From NCBI GenBank assembly GCA_963796455.1, contig CAWCLO010000001.1, positions 160,001 through 224,000 on the forward strand: a stretch of 64,000 nucleotides of DNA, in the 5' to 3' direction. This DNA is from Candidatus Sulfomarinibacteraceae bacterium (lineage in GTDB: Bacteria; Acidobacteriota; Thermoanaerobaculia; Thermoanaerobaculales; Sulfomarinibacteraceae). Both the position numbers and the translations under genes were made by a program. Below are positions 51,368 through 62,996 of the stretch, piece after piece; the first letter of the stretch is position 1, and each line of letters begins with the position of its first letter. The notes under the pieces were generated by a model, which was not told where the DNA came from, searched no databases, and saw nothing but the letters and a program-made list of their open reading frames with translations.

Positions 51368-52613
51368 TCATTCGTCCCGGAGTCGATCCAGCATCGCCTC
51401 AGCATTCGTGTTGCTCGGGTCGAGTTCGAGGGATCTCTCATAATTTGCGATCGCGTCGTCGCTTCGCCCCGCGAGCATGTACGCCTCGCCGAGGCTGTCG
51501 TAGGTATTGGATGCCGCGGGATAGGCCTCCACGTTGAGTTCGAAGATGGTGATGGCCTCGTCGAGTCTGTCGCGGGCCACGAGTTGATAGCCGAGCATGT
51601 TCAACTCGAACTCGGCAAAACTCCAGCCATCCGCCTCGGTGCTCTTCAGCTTCCGGTAGAGAGCAACTGCGGCCTCCGGACCATCCTGCTCCAGCACTTC
51701 GGTCATGGGTGCGCAGATCGATCGCGAACCGGCGCCGGTAAGACTTGCATATATTTCGGTGATCCAGTTTCCGAAACTGAGCCCGTTCTCCGGGACTCTC
51801 CCATTCGCTCCAGGGAGCCAGCGGGTTGCGATCGATGATCTCCGGCAGAGTGCGGCCCGCTTTCAGTTCCTTGGCCACCGCCGCGACCGTGTCTTCAATC
51901 ATCACGATGTAGGCCTGCAGTTCAGCCATGGTGAAAGCGCCGCCGTGAGCGGCCACAAGCTTGGTGTCGGTGGGCAAGGTCTCATGGATTTCTTTCAGGA
52001 CCTCGATCAGTCGTTGCGCGTCGCCGCCGCGGGCGGGGTCGGCATTCGGGAAGGTCCCGAGCAGCACCAGATCCCCGACACAGGCGACCCGGCTATTCGT
52101 GAAGTGGACGATGACATCTCCGTCGGTATGACCGCCGGGCAGAGGAAGAACGCGAATGAGATCCCCGTTGAAATGAATCGTCGCGTTCCCGACCAGAGTC
52201 ACGTCCGGCAGGCCCTCGGTCTGCACAGCCGGGAGAGCGAAGTAGGTGCTCATTCGGCGGCCGACCTGAGGATGGGCGATGATCACCGCCCCCTCTCCCA
52301 TGACCGCGTTGCCGCCGGAGTGGTCCGCGTCACCATGGGTGTTGACGATGATCCGGACCGGGCCGCCGCCGAGCATGTTCGTTTCGTCCTCGAGGGCCGC
52401 AGCGGTCGCGGCATAGCCGGTGTCGACCAGCAGGGTGCCGTCGTCGCCGATCGACGCCACGACACCGACGTTTCCGTTGCACCGCAGTTGATAGAGATTG
52501 TCGGAGATTCGACTGACCTCGACCGGTGGCGGCGCTTCGGCCTCCTGGGCCACCGCCCCGCGAACGATCACCGCGAGCAATACAATGAACACTTTCAGGA
52601 ATCGATAATTCAC
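51368..52613 (-). CDS. MBL-fold metallo-hydrolase with C-terminal TPR (paralogue 2), one frameshift at about 51790
   Basis: LLVDTG, VNTHGDADHSGGN, GHTDGD, GDL, AAHG; TPR NMLGY...YDSLGEAY. Confidence 0.85.
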
Positions 52614-52642
52614 AGCGGAACTCCATTCATTCGCACTGTCGT

Positions 52643-53956
52643 TCACTCTGACGACCCGGAGAGTCCTTGCGACCCCTCTTCCGGCGTCGCAGACAACTCG
52701 TCCATCAGATTACGGGCAGCAGCAAAATCAGGCTCGAGCCGAATCGACTCCTGACAGTGTTGGATCGCCAGGTCGAATCGGGAAAGTTGCTCGAGGCATC
52801 TGGCTGCCAGGAAGTGCGTGTAGTAACCGTATTCGCTGTCCGGGTACAGCTCCAGAGACCCCTCGAGGAATTCGACCGAATCTTCGTAGAGCCCGCGGCC
52901 CAAGAGCTTCCCACCAATGCTCATCAGCACATACTCGCTGAAATCGAAATCCATTTCCCGGGTCTGCAGTAATTTCCGATAGTGTTCCACGGCCGCCTCG
53001 GCACCGTCGTTCTTCCAGGCCTCGTAAATCGGCACGCAGATGTCGGATCGGGTTTCCCGGGGAACGGTGAGAGCATCCACGACGTACTCGATCCAGTCAT
53101 CGGTCCCGACATAGCTGCCGGCGAAATTCTCATATTCGTCGAGTACCCCGGCCTCCTGCATTTCCTCCGTCGTCTTGACCCGCGGCAAGCCCGTGCCGCA
53201 CGATTTCGATGGAGGAATGCATCATGTCCGCATAGGCCGGCAGCATGTCCCAGGTGCCCAAAGAAATCGAACCCCCCGGCTTTGCCATGGTGGCCGGAAA
53301 CCAGACGTATGTCCTCGGGGAGAAGAGCCATGAGGCGCCGCGTCAAGTTTTCGAACTGCAGCACATCACCATCCCCGTCGACCGAGGGGAAATTGAAGCC
53401 GTTGACCACCGAACTGACATGGGCGATTCGGCGGTGTGGTGAAATGCACCATGAGTTCGTTGTCGTCATGGCTGCCGCCGATGCTGACCACCCGGATGAT
53501 TCGTCGTTGAAGCGGATCTCGAGAGAGTCTTCGTGGTGATATCGGGAAAAGAGTCCGCCGGGATACTCGCTGAACAAAAAAGTCCCGCTCCGCAGTTTTT
53601 CAGGAACGAGTTCGTGGGCAACAATGACGGGGTCGGGGCCAAAAACGGCGTTTGCCCCCGATGTGCTCGACATGGCGGTGCGTGTTGATGATGTACCTGG
53701 GTGGGCCGAGGCCCAGACTCTCCACGAATTCCCGAAAGGCCTCGACATCCTGGGCGTGATGGGTGTCAACCAGCAACACGCCGTCTTTTCCGGTGAAGAC
53801 CAACGAATTGTTGCTGTAGCTTCCCTGGTCGGTGCTGAGCATCAGCAATCCAGGGGCCAATGTGGTGACCTGAAAGTAATCCTCGGCAAAAACGATGCCC
53901 GGAATCAGAGCCAATCCGGCAAGAACGAGAGTCACGCGACGCAGCTGTGTTGTCAT
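52643..53956 (-). CDS. MBL-fold metallo-hydrolase with C-terminal TPR (paralogue 1), several frameshifts
   Basis: LLVDTH, INTHRHVEHIGG, SGHH; TPR-like C-terminus in 52643-53188; spread over three frames. Confidence 0.75.
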
Positions 53957-53961
53957 ATTTC

Positions 53962-53985
53962 GCTCCTCGGCTCCTCGGCTCCTCG
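53962..53985 (-). repeat. Tandem 8-mer x3 (CGAGGAGC on the minus strand), a triplicated Shine-Dalgarno
   Basis: GCTCCTCG GCTCCTCG GCTCCTCG immediately upstream of the ATG at 53956. Confidence 0.75.
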
Positions 53986-54009
53986 AGCGATGTATTTCTT
54001 TTGGCCATT

Positions 54010-54043
54010 TTCGTAACAACGTTACGAATACGAACTACGTTAC
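54010..54043. promoter_or_regulatory. Putative TetR operator (palindrome plus degenerate second copy)
   Basis: TTCGTAAC-AAC-GTTACGAA followed by GAACTACGTTAC, between the divergent MBL and TetR genes. Confidence 0.65.
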
Positions 54044-54079
54044 ACTTATCTCGAAGTTTCAGCGTGGCGAGGGAAATTC

Positions 54080-54691
54080 ATGGGAGTTTCGGATCGTAAG
54101 AAGAGAGAAACCGAACTGCTGAGACAGCGGGTGCTCGACGTCGCTGAAGAGATCATCGCAACGGAAGGCGTCAGCAACGTCACAATGCGGCGGATCGCCT
54201 CGAGTGTCGAATACGCACCAACTGTGCTGTACCGGCTGTTCGCCGACAAAAACGATCTGATGGACCACCTCATAGCCCGCGGCTACGTGGGAGTCCGGAA
54301 ACGTTACGAAAAGCTCCTCAGCCGGAACGACTCGGATCCGTTGCAGGCTTTCGCCACCCTCATCAAGGTCTACGTGGATTACGCGCTCACCCACCCCAAC
54401 CACTACCGGATGTGGTTTGCGACCAGTGAAATCAGCCGGGAAAACGGTCAATTGAAGATGCGCCACGGTCGCCTGGAGTTCGTAGTCTTCCGACCCTGGC
54501 TGGGCTGCATCGAGGCCTGCCGTGAAGCCGGCATGTTTCCAGGGCGAAGCGCGATGGAAACGTTTCAGTTGGTCTGGACCCGTGTTCACGGGCTGATCAG
54601 CCTGCGTCTTCAGCACCCCGCATTTCCCTGGATGCCTGTCGACAAACACCTGGACGAGGCGCTGGACCTGACCCGGTTGGCCAAGGGATAG
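54080..54691 (+). CDS. TetR/AcrR family regulator (WHG-type C-terminal domain)
   Basis: TMRRIASSVEYAPTVLYRLFADK helix-turn-helix; WTRVHG. Confidence 0.92.
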   Translation: MGVSDRKKRETELLRQRVLDVAEEIIATEGVSNVTMRRIASSVEYAPTVLYRLFADKNDLMDHLIARGYVGVRKRYEKLLSRNDSDPLQAFATLIKVYVDYALTHPNHYRMWFATSEISRENGQLKMRHGRLEFVVFRPWLGCIEACREAGMFPGRSAMETFQLVWTRVHGLISLRLQHPAFPWMPVDKHLDEALDLTRLAKG

Positions 54692-54795
54692 CCCGCCGCT
54701 GCCAACGTTCCCGGCCAATTCGAGGGGTGGCCCCTGCTGTTGCCGCCGCCGCTGCCGCTCCACGATTCTCGCCGGCGCTGCTATCTTCGACGCCG

Positions 54796-55815
54796 ATGCA
54801 AGCACCCTCGACGCTCTCAAACGACGAATTCACACACAGCCAGGCGAGAGAGGTGTTGCGTTGCTGGCGAGTGAGCCCGCACGAGCCTGTCATCGATCTC
54901 GTACCGGGTCGCCTTTTTCGGGTGGGCGGCCACCGTGTGCTGAAGTGCGTCGAGCCCCGGCCGGTCTGGCATGTCGCTCTCGAGTTCGATGTGCTTCGCC
55001 ACCTCGAGGCCTGTGGTGTTCCCGTCGCGGTGCCCCAGGTCGCTCGGGACGGTCAAACCTTCGTGGAACAGGCCGGGCGCCAGTTCATCCTCATGCCAAT
55101 GATTCCAGGCTGCGACTCCGCCGCCTCGGCGCAAGAACGGCTGCGATCGTGCGGTAGTCCCTTCGCGCGGCTGCACGCCGGCCTGGCGCGGTATCGCAAC
55201 GACACATTGACTGAGAGGCTGTGGCGCAACGAGCCCCTGAAGGAGCTGACTGATTTGCGGCTGCCGGCTCTGCGCAGTGCTTTCGGGCACCAAGGCCGAG
55301 CCCGTTTCGGAGCCCTCGAGCGCGTGGTGGAAAACGAGGTGGCCGCCGACGTGATCGCTCTCCCCGAGCAACTGATCCACCGCGATCTGCACTCCGCCAA
55401 TGTCGTCTTCAGCGGTGCGGAGGTTGCCGGGATTCTGGACTGGGATCACCTCAGCCTCGGATCGATCATGATCGACCTCGCTTACTTCTTGGTGAACTGT
55501 GCGTTGATCACGTACCACGACCAGGCGGCGACACCATCAGTTCCCGGTGGCGGACCGCCGGCCTCCTGGTTTGGCGCGGTGCGTCCGTTGCTCACCGCCT
55601 ATTGTGGGGTGCGAGCTCTCTCCGATGCGGAAAGCGGCGCCCTCGCCAGCCTGATGATCTGGTCCGTCCTGATCCTCGCCGACGAACACCGGCAGCGAGG
55701 TGAACCTCAGTTGATGCTGACCTATCTCGATCTTCTCGACGGCGTCCTGCAGGAGAGGCAGAACATTCGCGACACCTCCTTGGCGGTCGCGGCCGCCACT
55801 CCTGACTACAACTGA
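54796..55815 (+). CDS. APH-like / type II homoserine-kinase-like phosphotransferase
   Basis: LIHRDLHSANV and GILDWD; start uncertain. Confidence 0.8.
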   Translation: MQAPSTLSNDEFTHSQAREVLRCWRVSPHEPVIDLVPGRLFRVGGHRVLKCVEPRPVWHVALEFDVLRHLEACGVPVAVPQVARDGQTFVEQAGRQFILMPMIPGCDSAASAQERLRSCGSPFARLHAGLARYRNDTLTERLWRNEPLKELTDLRLPALRSAFGHQGRARFGALERVVENEVAADVIALPEQLIHRDLHSANVVFSGAEVAGILDWDHLSLGSIMIDLAYFLVNCALITYHDQAATPSVPGGGPPASWFGAVRPLLTAYCGVRALSDAESGALASLMIWSVLILADEHRQRGEPQLMLTYLDLLDGVLQERQNIRDTSLAVAAATPDYN

Positions 55816-56058
55816 AGCTTGGCCGCCTGATAAGAGAACCACGGCTCTCGCCACCGGGGGCCATCTGAGAGCAAAACTTTCGGATTGTTGGGTCTGGCCA
55901 CCAAACGAATCCTCTTTCATGGCCGTCATGTCCGTGGTAGGTTTTGACTAACCAATATGGAGACACATTCCCAAAATGTAACGAAACCAGACTCGTCGAT
56001 CGGCTTGTTTGACCGCAACGTCGAACCGGCAACATAGGACTCACCTGAAGGAGGCGCG

Positions 56059-57135
56059 ATGAAGCGAGGCACTCTATTCAACACCCTGGCGGGACTCATT
56101 TTTTTTGCCGGATTTGTATCTCCGGTCTCGGCGTACGTTCTCGATAACTTCGAATTCTCCACCGACCTGACCGGATGGACACCCCAAAACGGCGCCTGGT
56201 CTCACGACCCTTCGATGGGTTTTCTGGGTCTCGGTGCCGCCAAGGTCACCTCTGTGGCTGGGGCCAACTCATTGAGTCAGTGCGCCGAGTTGAAGGGCAT
56301 GGCAGCAGATGATGGCCTTCGCTTTCTCGCCTTCGCCCGCGCCGAGAACCACACAAACCCCATACAGGTCAGCCTGGAGATCTTTTCGACGACTGATTGC
56401 ACCGGTGGAGCCGTTGAAACTTATCACCGCCAGGTGAATTCTCCGACGATGGGTAGTTGGACTCAACTCAACGTGGTCAACAGCCTACCTGCGGGCAGTG
56501 TCTTCAGCGTGCGGGCCTGGGTGACAACTCACGCCTCGGGCGCCGGAGAGATCACACTCTTCGACTTTGTGTCGATTACCGACAATCTCGCCCCGAACCC
56601 CGCCTTGACCGACAACCTGAGCGGTTGGATCGTGGATGGCACCTGGACTCACGTGGCCGGCGACGGCAACGGCACACCCACGGGATCGGCGGAGGTTGTT
56701 GTAGACATCCCAGATTGCGGCGCGGGAAACTCTTGCGCGTTCCTATCGCAATGCGTGAATCGCAACACTGCGCCTCGAACACCCTACTATTTTGGCAGCG
56801 CAGAATTCAAAGCCTTGGACGTGGCAGAACCTTATGTGATCTCCTTCCTCCTGTATCCGGAGGCCGGTTGCGCGGGCACCCTCGTCTCTCAGGTCAATGT
56901 GAACGCCAATGTTCAGCAGATCAATGTATGGCAGCGCTTCTCGACGAGCCTGACGGTCGCCGACGAGGTTGAGAGTTTCGCCATGTTCGTCGGCACCAAC
57001 GACAGCACGCTCAACACTCGTTTCAGAATCGACTCCGTTTTCCTTGTGCCGTCGGCCCGCAACGAAGTGTTCTTCGATGGTTTCGAGTCCGGCGGCACGG
57101 CGGCCTGGTCGGCGACCGTCCCATCTCCTGGTTAA
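56059..57135 (+). CDS. Secreted protein with two repeated beta-sandwich-like domains and a C-terminal FESG tag
   Basis: GGAGG RBS, signal peptide; two N......L.GW...G.W.H...G.A.V...LSQC repeats; ends VFFDGFESGGTAAWSATVPSPG. Confidence 0.8.
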   Translation: MKRGTLFNTLAGLIFFAGFVSPVSAYVLDNFEFSTDLTGWTPQNGAWSHDPSMGFLGLGAAKVTSVAGANSLSQCAELKGMAADDGLRFLAFARAENHTNPIQVSLEIFSTTDCTGGAVETYHRQVNSPTMGSWTQLNVVNSLPAGSVFSVRAWVTTHASGAGEITLFDFVSITDNLAPNPALTDNLSGWIVDGTWTHVAGDGNGTPTGSAEVVVDIPDCGAGNSCAFLSQCVNRNTAPRTPYYFGSAEFKALDVAEPYVISFLLYPEAGCAGTLVSQVNVNANVQQINVWQRFSTSLTVADEVESFAMFVGTNDSTLNTRFRIDSVFLVPSARNEVFFDGFESGGTAAWSATVPSPG

Positions 57136-57836
57136 ACAGGAACCGGAATGAGCGCCAGACCCACTGCGGCGTGGGCGTGGAGGAGAGTCGTGTCGAACAG
57201 GGGGATGTTCCCTTCATCCTGTTTCACCAGGAGGGGGATCTCCGTACATCCCAGGATGATTCCTTCAGCGCCTTGTTCGTGCAGCCGTTGAATCGTCTCC
57301 CAATAGAGCTTTTTTGACGTCGGCGAAATCACCCCGACGGTGAGTTCATCCATGATCACCCGATGGATCATGCTCACCTCGTCATCAGTTGGAATCAAGG
57401 TTTCGATCCCGTGCTTTTCCTGCAGCCTGCGCCGATAAAAATCTTGAGTCATGGTGAAGCGGGTGCCGAGCAATCCAACCGTGTGGAGCCCCTTCGCTTT
57501 GATGGACTCAGCCGTCACATCGACGATATTCAGAATCGGGATTTCGATTCGGCCGGCAATCTGATCCGCCATCTTGTGCATCGTGTTCGTGCAGATCACC
57601 AGAAAATCGGCCCCACCCCGCTGCACCCTGAGAGATCCTTCGATCAGGCGCTCCAGCACCAGATCCCACCGTTCTGCCTCCATCAAGGGTTGAACTTCCC
57701 CGAAATCAACCGAGAACATCAGTGATTGGGCCGAGTGGATTCCGCCGACCCGTTTTCGGTACTCTTCGTTGATGAGCCGGTAGTACTCAACCGAAGACTC
57801 GCACGTCATTCCGCCAAGGAGACCTATTGTCTTCAT
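57132..57836 (-). CDS. Aspartate/glutamate racemase family protein
   Basis: MKTIGLLGGM, ICTNTMH, LLGTRFTM, LGCTEI. Confidence 0.93.
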   Translation of the reverse strand: MKTIGLLGGMTCESSVEYYRLINEEYRKRVGGIHSAQSLMFSVDFGEVQPLMEAERWDLVLERLIEGSLRVQRGGADFLVICTNTMHKMADQIAGRIEIPILNIVDVTAESIKAKGLHTVGLLGTRFTMTQDFYRRRLQEKHGIETLIPTDDEVSMIHRVIMDELTVGVISPTSKKLYWETIQRLHEQGAEGIILGCTEIPLLVKQDEGNIPLFDTTLLHAHAAVGLALIPVPV

Positions 57837-57882
57837 CTGATACTATCTCCGGAATATGGCATGTGCCAGGCTCGACGAACAT

Positions 57883-60162
<2,280 letters not shown>

Positions 60163-60354
60163 ACCAACTCCCCCGTGTCGATCCTAACCCGGCAGAGCTC
60201 TTGGCGGACGGGGTGCTTCCTAAAAAATTGTTTAGAGGCGCCCTTCATCCGGGCATTGAAACCGGGCGGTCGATTGCACAGGCTCAAAGACTGGAAGACG
60301 GAGAGCCGGCGCAACAATGACAAGGCCACCGCAGCCGGAAACGCGAACCCGCCC

Positions 60355-60411
60355 TTGACAACTTCGAGCCCAGAATGTACTAGTATACTATGACAATAGT
60401 TCACTAGTACA
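60355..60411 (+). promoter_or_regulatory. Putative sigma70 promoter overlapped by a GntR/YtrA-type operator
   Basis: TTGACA at 60355-60360; inverted repeat TGTACTAGT-N18-ACTAGTACA at 60376-60411; AAGGAG RBS follows. Confidence 0.65.
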
Positions 60412-60431
60412 CTGGAACAAAGGAGAGTCTG

Positions 60432-60809
60432 TTGCCCATCACCATCCAAATCGACCTCAAGAGCGGCGTTCCCTTCTACCGCCAGGTCATCGACCAGGTG
60501 AAGGCCGCAATCGCCACCGGCTCGGTCGGACCGGGTGACCGGCTCCCGACAGTTCGTCAGCTCGCCGTCGATCTCTCGATCAACCCAAACACAGTGAGCC
60601 GCGCCTACACCGAGCTCGAGCTGACCGGTCTCGTCGAGACTCAGATGGGATCCGGCACCTTTGTCGGGCAGCTACCGGTTGAAGAAGACGACGTGGAACG
60701 GCGGCGGCAGCTCGATCAACTGTGCCAGGAATTCCTCTCTCGGGTCTCGAGCCACGGTTTCACGCTCGGCGACGTTCTGACGAATCTGAAACGGCGCCAA
60801 CAACGCTGA
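60432..60809 (+). CDS. GntR family regulator (YtrA subfamily)
   Basis: PFYRQVIDQ, GDRLPTVRQLA, INPNTVSRAY, GSGTFV; short C-terminal domain. Confidence 0.93.
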   Translation: MPITIQIDLKSGVPFYRQVIDQVKAAIATGSVGPGDRLPTVRQLAVDLSINPNTVSRAYTELELTGLVETQMGSGTFVGQLPVEEDDVERRRQLDQLCQEFLSRVSSHGFTLGDVLTNLKRRQQR

Positions 60810-60824
60810 GAAAAGGAGCGCATC

Positions 60825-62024
60825 ATGAAAAGACCGAGTCATACCAACCTCGATACGCTGGAGCGATTCGCAACCTCGTTTCGGGCCGACTATCGCTTCG
60901 CGCCGCTCAACATCATGATTCTGGTAGCGCTGTGCCTGCTGGGTCTGGTGATTCACCTCGCGGTCTCACCCTTCAACCTGGACGCGGTGATCACCATGAT
61001 CGGCACTGCCGTCGTTCTCGCCACAATCTTTCGCCTTGTGCAAATATGGGAGTCGGTCCTGGTCTCGACCACAGGCGCTGCGCTCTTCATCTATCTGCAG
61101 CACCGGCCCGATGCTTGGATCCTGGTCACGGCGGTCGTCGCTGCCGGTCTCCTCAGCCCGTGTATTCAGATGGCCTACCAATGGGAAAAGGCCGTGGTCC
61201 TGCGATTCGGCCGATTCAAGGGCCTCAAGGGATCGGGGCTCTTCACCGTCTTTCCAATCATCGACAAAGTCGCCAATTACGTCGATCAGCGGATCCGGGT
61301 CACCGATTTCAGGGCCGAGACGACCCTGACAAAGGACACGGTGCCGGTCAATGTCGATGCCATCGCCTTCTGGATGGTTTGGGACGCCGAAAAGGCCGTC
61401 CTCGAGGTGGAAGATTTTGACTCCGCGATCAGTCTCTCCGCGCAGACCGGCCTCCGTGACGCCATCGGCCGCCATGAACTCGGGGACATGCTTTCGCAGC
61501 GTGACCGGCTGGGCAAGGAGATCCAGCAAGTCCTCGACGGCAAGACCAACGCCTGGGGCATCACCGTCCAGTCGGTGGAGATCCGCGACATCATCATTCC
61601 CAAGGAACTCGAAGACGCCATGAGCCGGCAGGCGCAGGCGGAACGGGAGCGCCAATCGCGGATCATTCTCTCGAAGGCCGAAGAAGAGATCGCTGAGAGC
61701 TTTTCAAAGGCTTCCGAACACTACAAGCACAACCAGGCGGCCCTCCACCTTCGAGCCATGAACATGGTCTTCGAGGGCCTCAAACAAAAGGGCTCGATGA
61801 TCATCGTGCCATCGACCGCGGTGGAGACCATGGGGCTGGGGGCGATGGGTGGGCTGACCGCCTTCGACCAGATCATCGAGTCGGACGAGAGCGAAGACGA
61901 GGAAGTCGAAGGGCTGAGGAGGCGCATCATGTGGGTCGACGACGGACCATCTGCCCGATCGACGTGGGTTGCCGGTCTCATGCTGCTGCTCGTGCTGGCT
62001 GCTGTGGCTCTGCTGTCGACGTAG
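60825..62024 (+). CDS. SPFH/stomatin (slipin) family membrane protein; true stop possibly near 61917
   Basis: WEKAVVLRFGR, TLTKDTVPVNVDA, AQTGLR, WGITVQSVEIRD, AMSRQAQAERE. Confidence 0.9.
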   Translation: MKRPSHTNLDTLERFATSFRADYRFAPLNIMILVALCLLGLVIHLAVSPFNLDAVITMIGTAVVLATIFRLVQIWESVLVSTTGAALFIYLQHRPDAWILVTAVVAAGLLSPCIQMAYQWEKAVVLRFGRFKGLKGSGLFTVFPIIDKVANYVDQRIRVTDFRAETTLTKDTVPVNVDAIAFWMVWDAEKAVLEVEDFDSAISLSAQTGLRDAIGRHELGDMLSQRDRLGKEIQQVLDGKTNAWGITVQSVEIRDIIIPKELEDAMSRQAQAERERQSRIILSKAEEEIAESFSKASEHYKHNQAALHLRAMNMVFEGLKQKGSMIIVPSTAVETMGLGAMGGLTAFDQIIESDESEDEEVEGLRRRIMWVDDGPSARSTWVAGLMLLLVLAAVALLST

Positions 62025-62108
62025 CCATCGGGAACGATGGACGAGATCGAAGCGAGATTTCGGGTCGGTCGTTCCTGACGGCCAGGAACAAAGACACGGA
62101 GGAAACCA

Positions 62109-62309
62109 ATGAACTCTCGAAGCTATTTAGCCGTCTCTGGCACTCTTTTTGGAATCGTCGCAGCCCTTCACCTGCTGCGGGTCATCAACGGGTGGGCCGT
62201 TGTGGTCGGACCCTGGTCAGCCCCGATGGGGGTCTCGTGGTTGGGCACGATCATCCCGGCTGTTTTGTGCGTGTGGGCTTTTCGATTGGCATCGCGGATA
62301 CGGGCTTGA
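62109..62309 (+). CDS. Small two-TM membrane protein
   Basis: GGAGG RBS; SGTLFGIVAALHLLRV...W. Confidence 0.7.
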   Translation: MNSRSYLAVSGTLFGIVAALHLLRVINGWAVVVGPWSAPMGVSWLGTIIPAVLCVWAFRLASRIRA

Positions 62310-62354
62310 ACCAGTCGCCTCACCACTGCCACAATCTGCGACGATAATAGTCGC

Positions 62355-62963
62355 ATGAAGAGAACGTCGATCATCATAGCGCTGGGGTTGCTCGCTTGCC
62401 TCGTCATGATTTGGTCGCGATCGGAGCAGCCGGTAGAAATGAACTCCTCGGACACACCACGACTTCCGTCCTTCGAGGTGCTCGTCGTGAAACCTCTCTC
62501 CGCACGGCCCCTCTTCGGTCTCCTTCCCGGAGGCATCTTCGGGCTCCCGCCCGATGAATTGCGGCTCGATCACCTGAGCCCCGGCGCCGAAGTCGGCAGC
62601 GTCGAACACAATCGCCTCGAGCTCCGCGCCGAAGGCTGGGACCTCTTCATCGTGACCGACGACGAAGGTGGGGTCGCTCCAGGAACGAGTCTCCTGTTCC
62701 CTATCGAGCTCGCAGAAAGACAACTGAGCCTGCGTTGCCGACCAGCAGATAGGGCCGCTGGCTCTCTTCAAACCACCGCGCCGCAAACTTCCGGCGAGGT
62801 GGATGGCAGCTTCGTCGTCGAGTTGGCCACCTGCGAGAATGTCGAGACGGGGAAGAACATCCCGTGGCCGCCGGCACCGCTCACCGTCCGTGGGAGCTTT
62901 GAGGGGCTGCCGCAGCGGCCCTCGCTAGAGTTCTGGCGTGGCGTTCGACTCGTCACCATCTGA
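62355..62963 (+). CDS. Hypothetical protein with N-terminal anchor
   Basis: ATG start and hydrophobic N-terminus; no family recognised. Confidence 0.55.
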   Translation: MKRTSIIIALGLLACLVMIWSRSEQPVEMNSSDTPRLPSFEVLVVKPLSARPLFGLLPGGIFGLPPDELRLDHLSPGAEVGSVEHNRLELRAEGWDLFIVTDDEGGVAPGTSLLFPIELAERQLSLRCRPADRAAGSLQTTAPQTSGEVDGSFVVELATCENVETGKNIPWPPAPLTVRGSFEGLPQRPSLEFWRGVRLVTI

Positions 62964-62996
62964 AGACCGGCTCGTCGCGAGTAAGATGATGATCTC

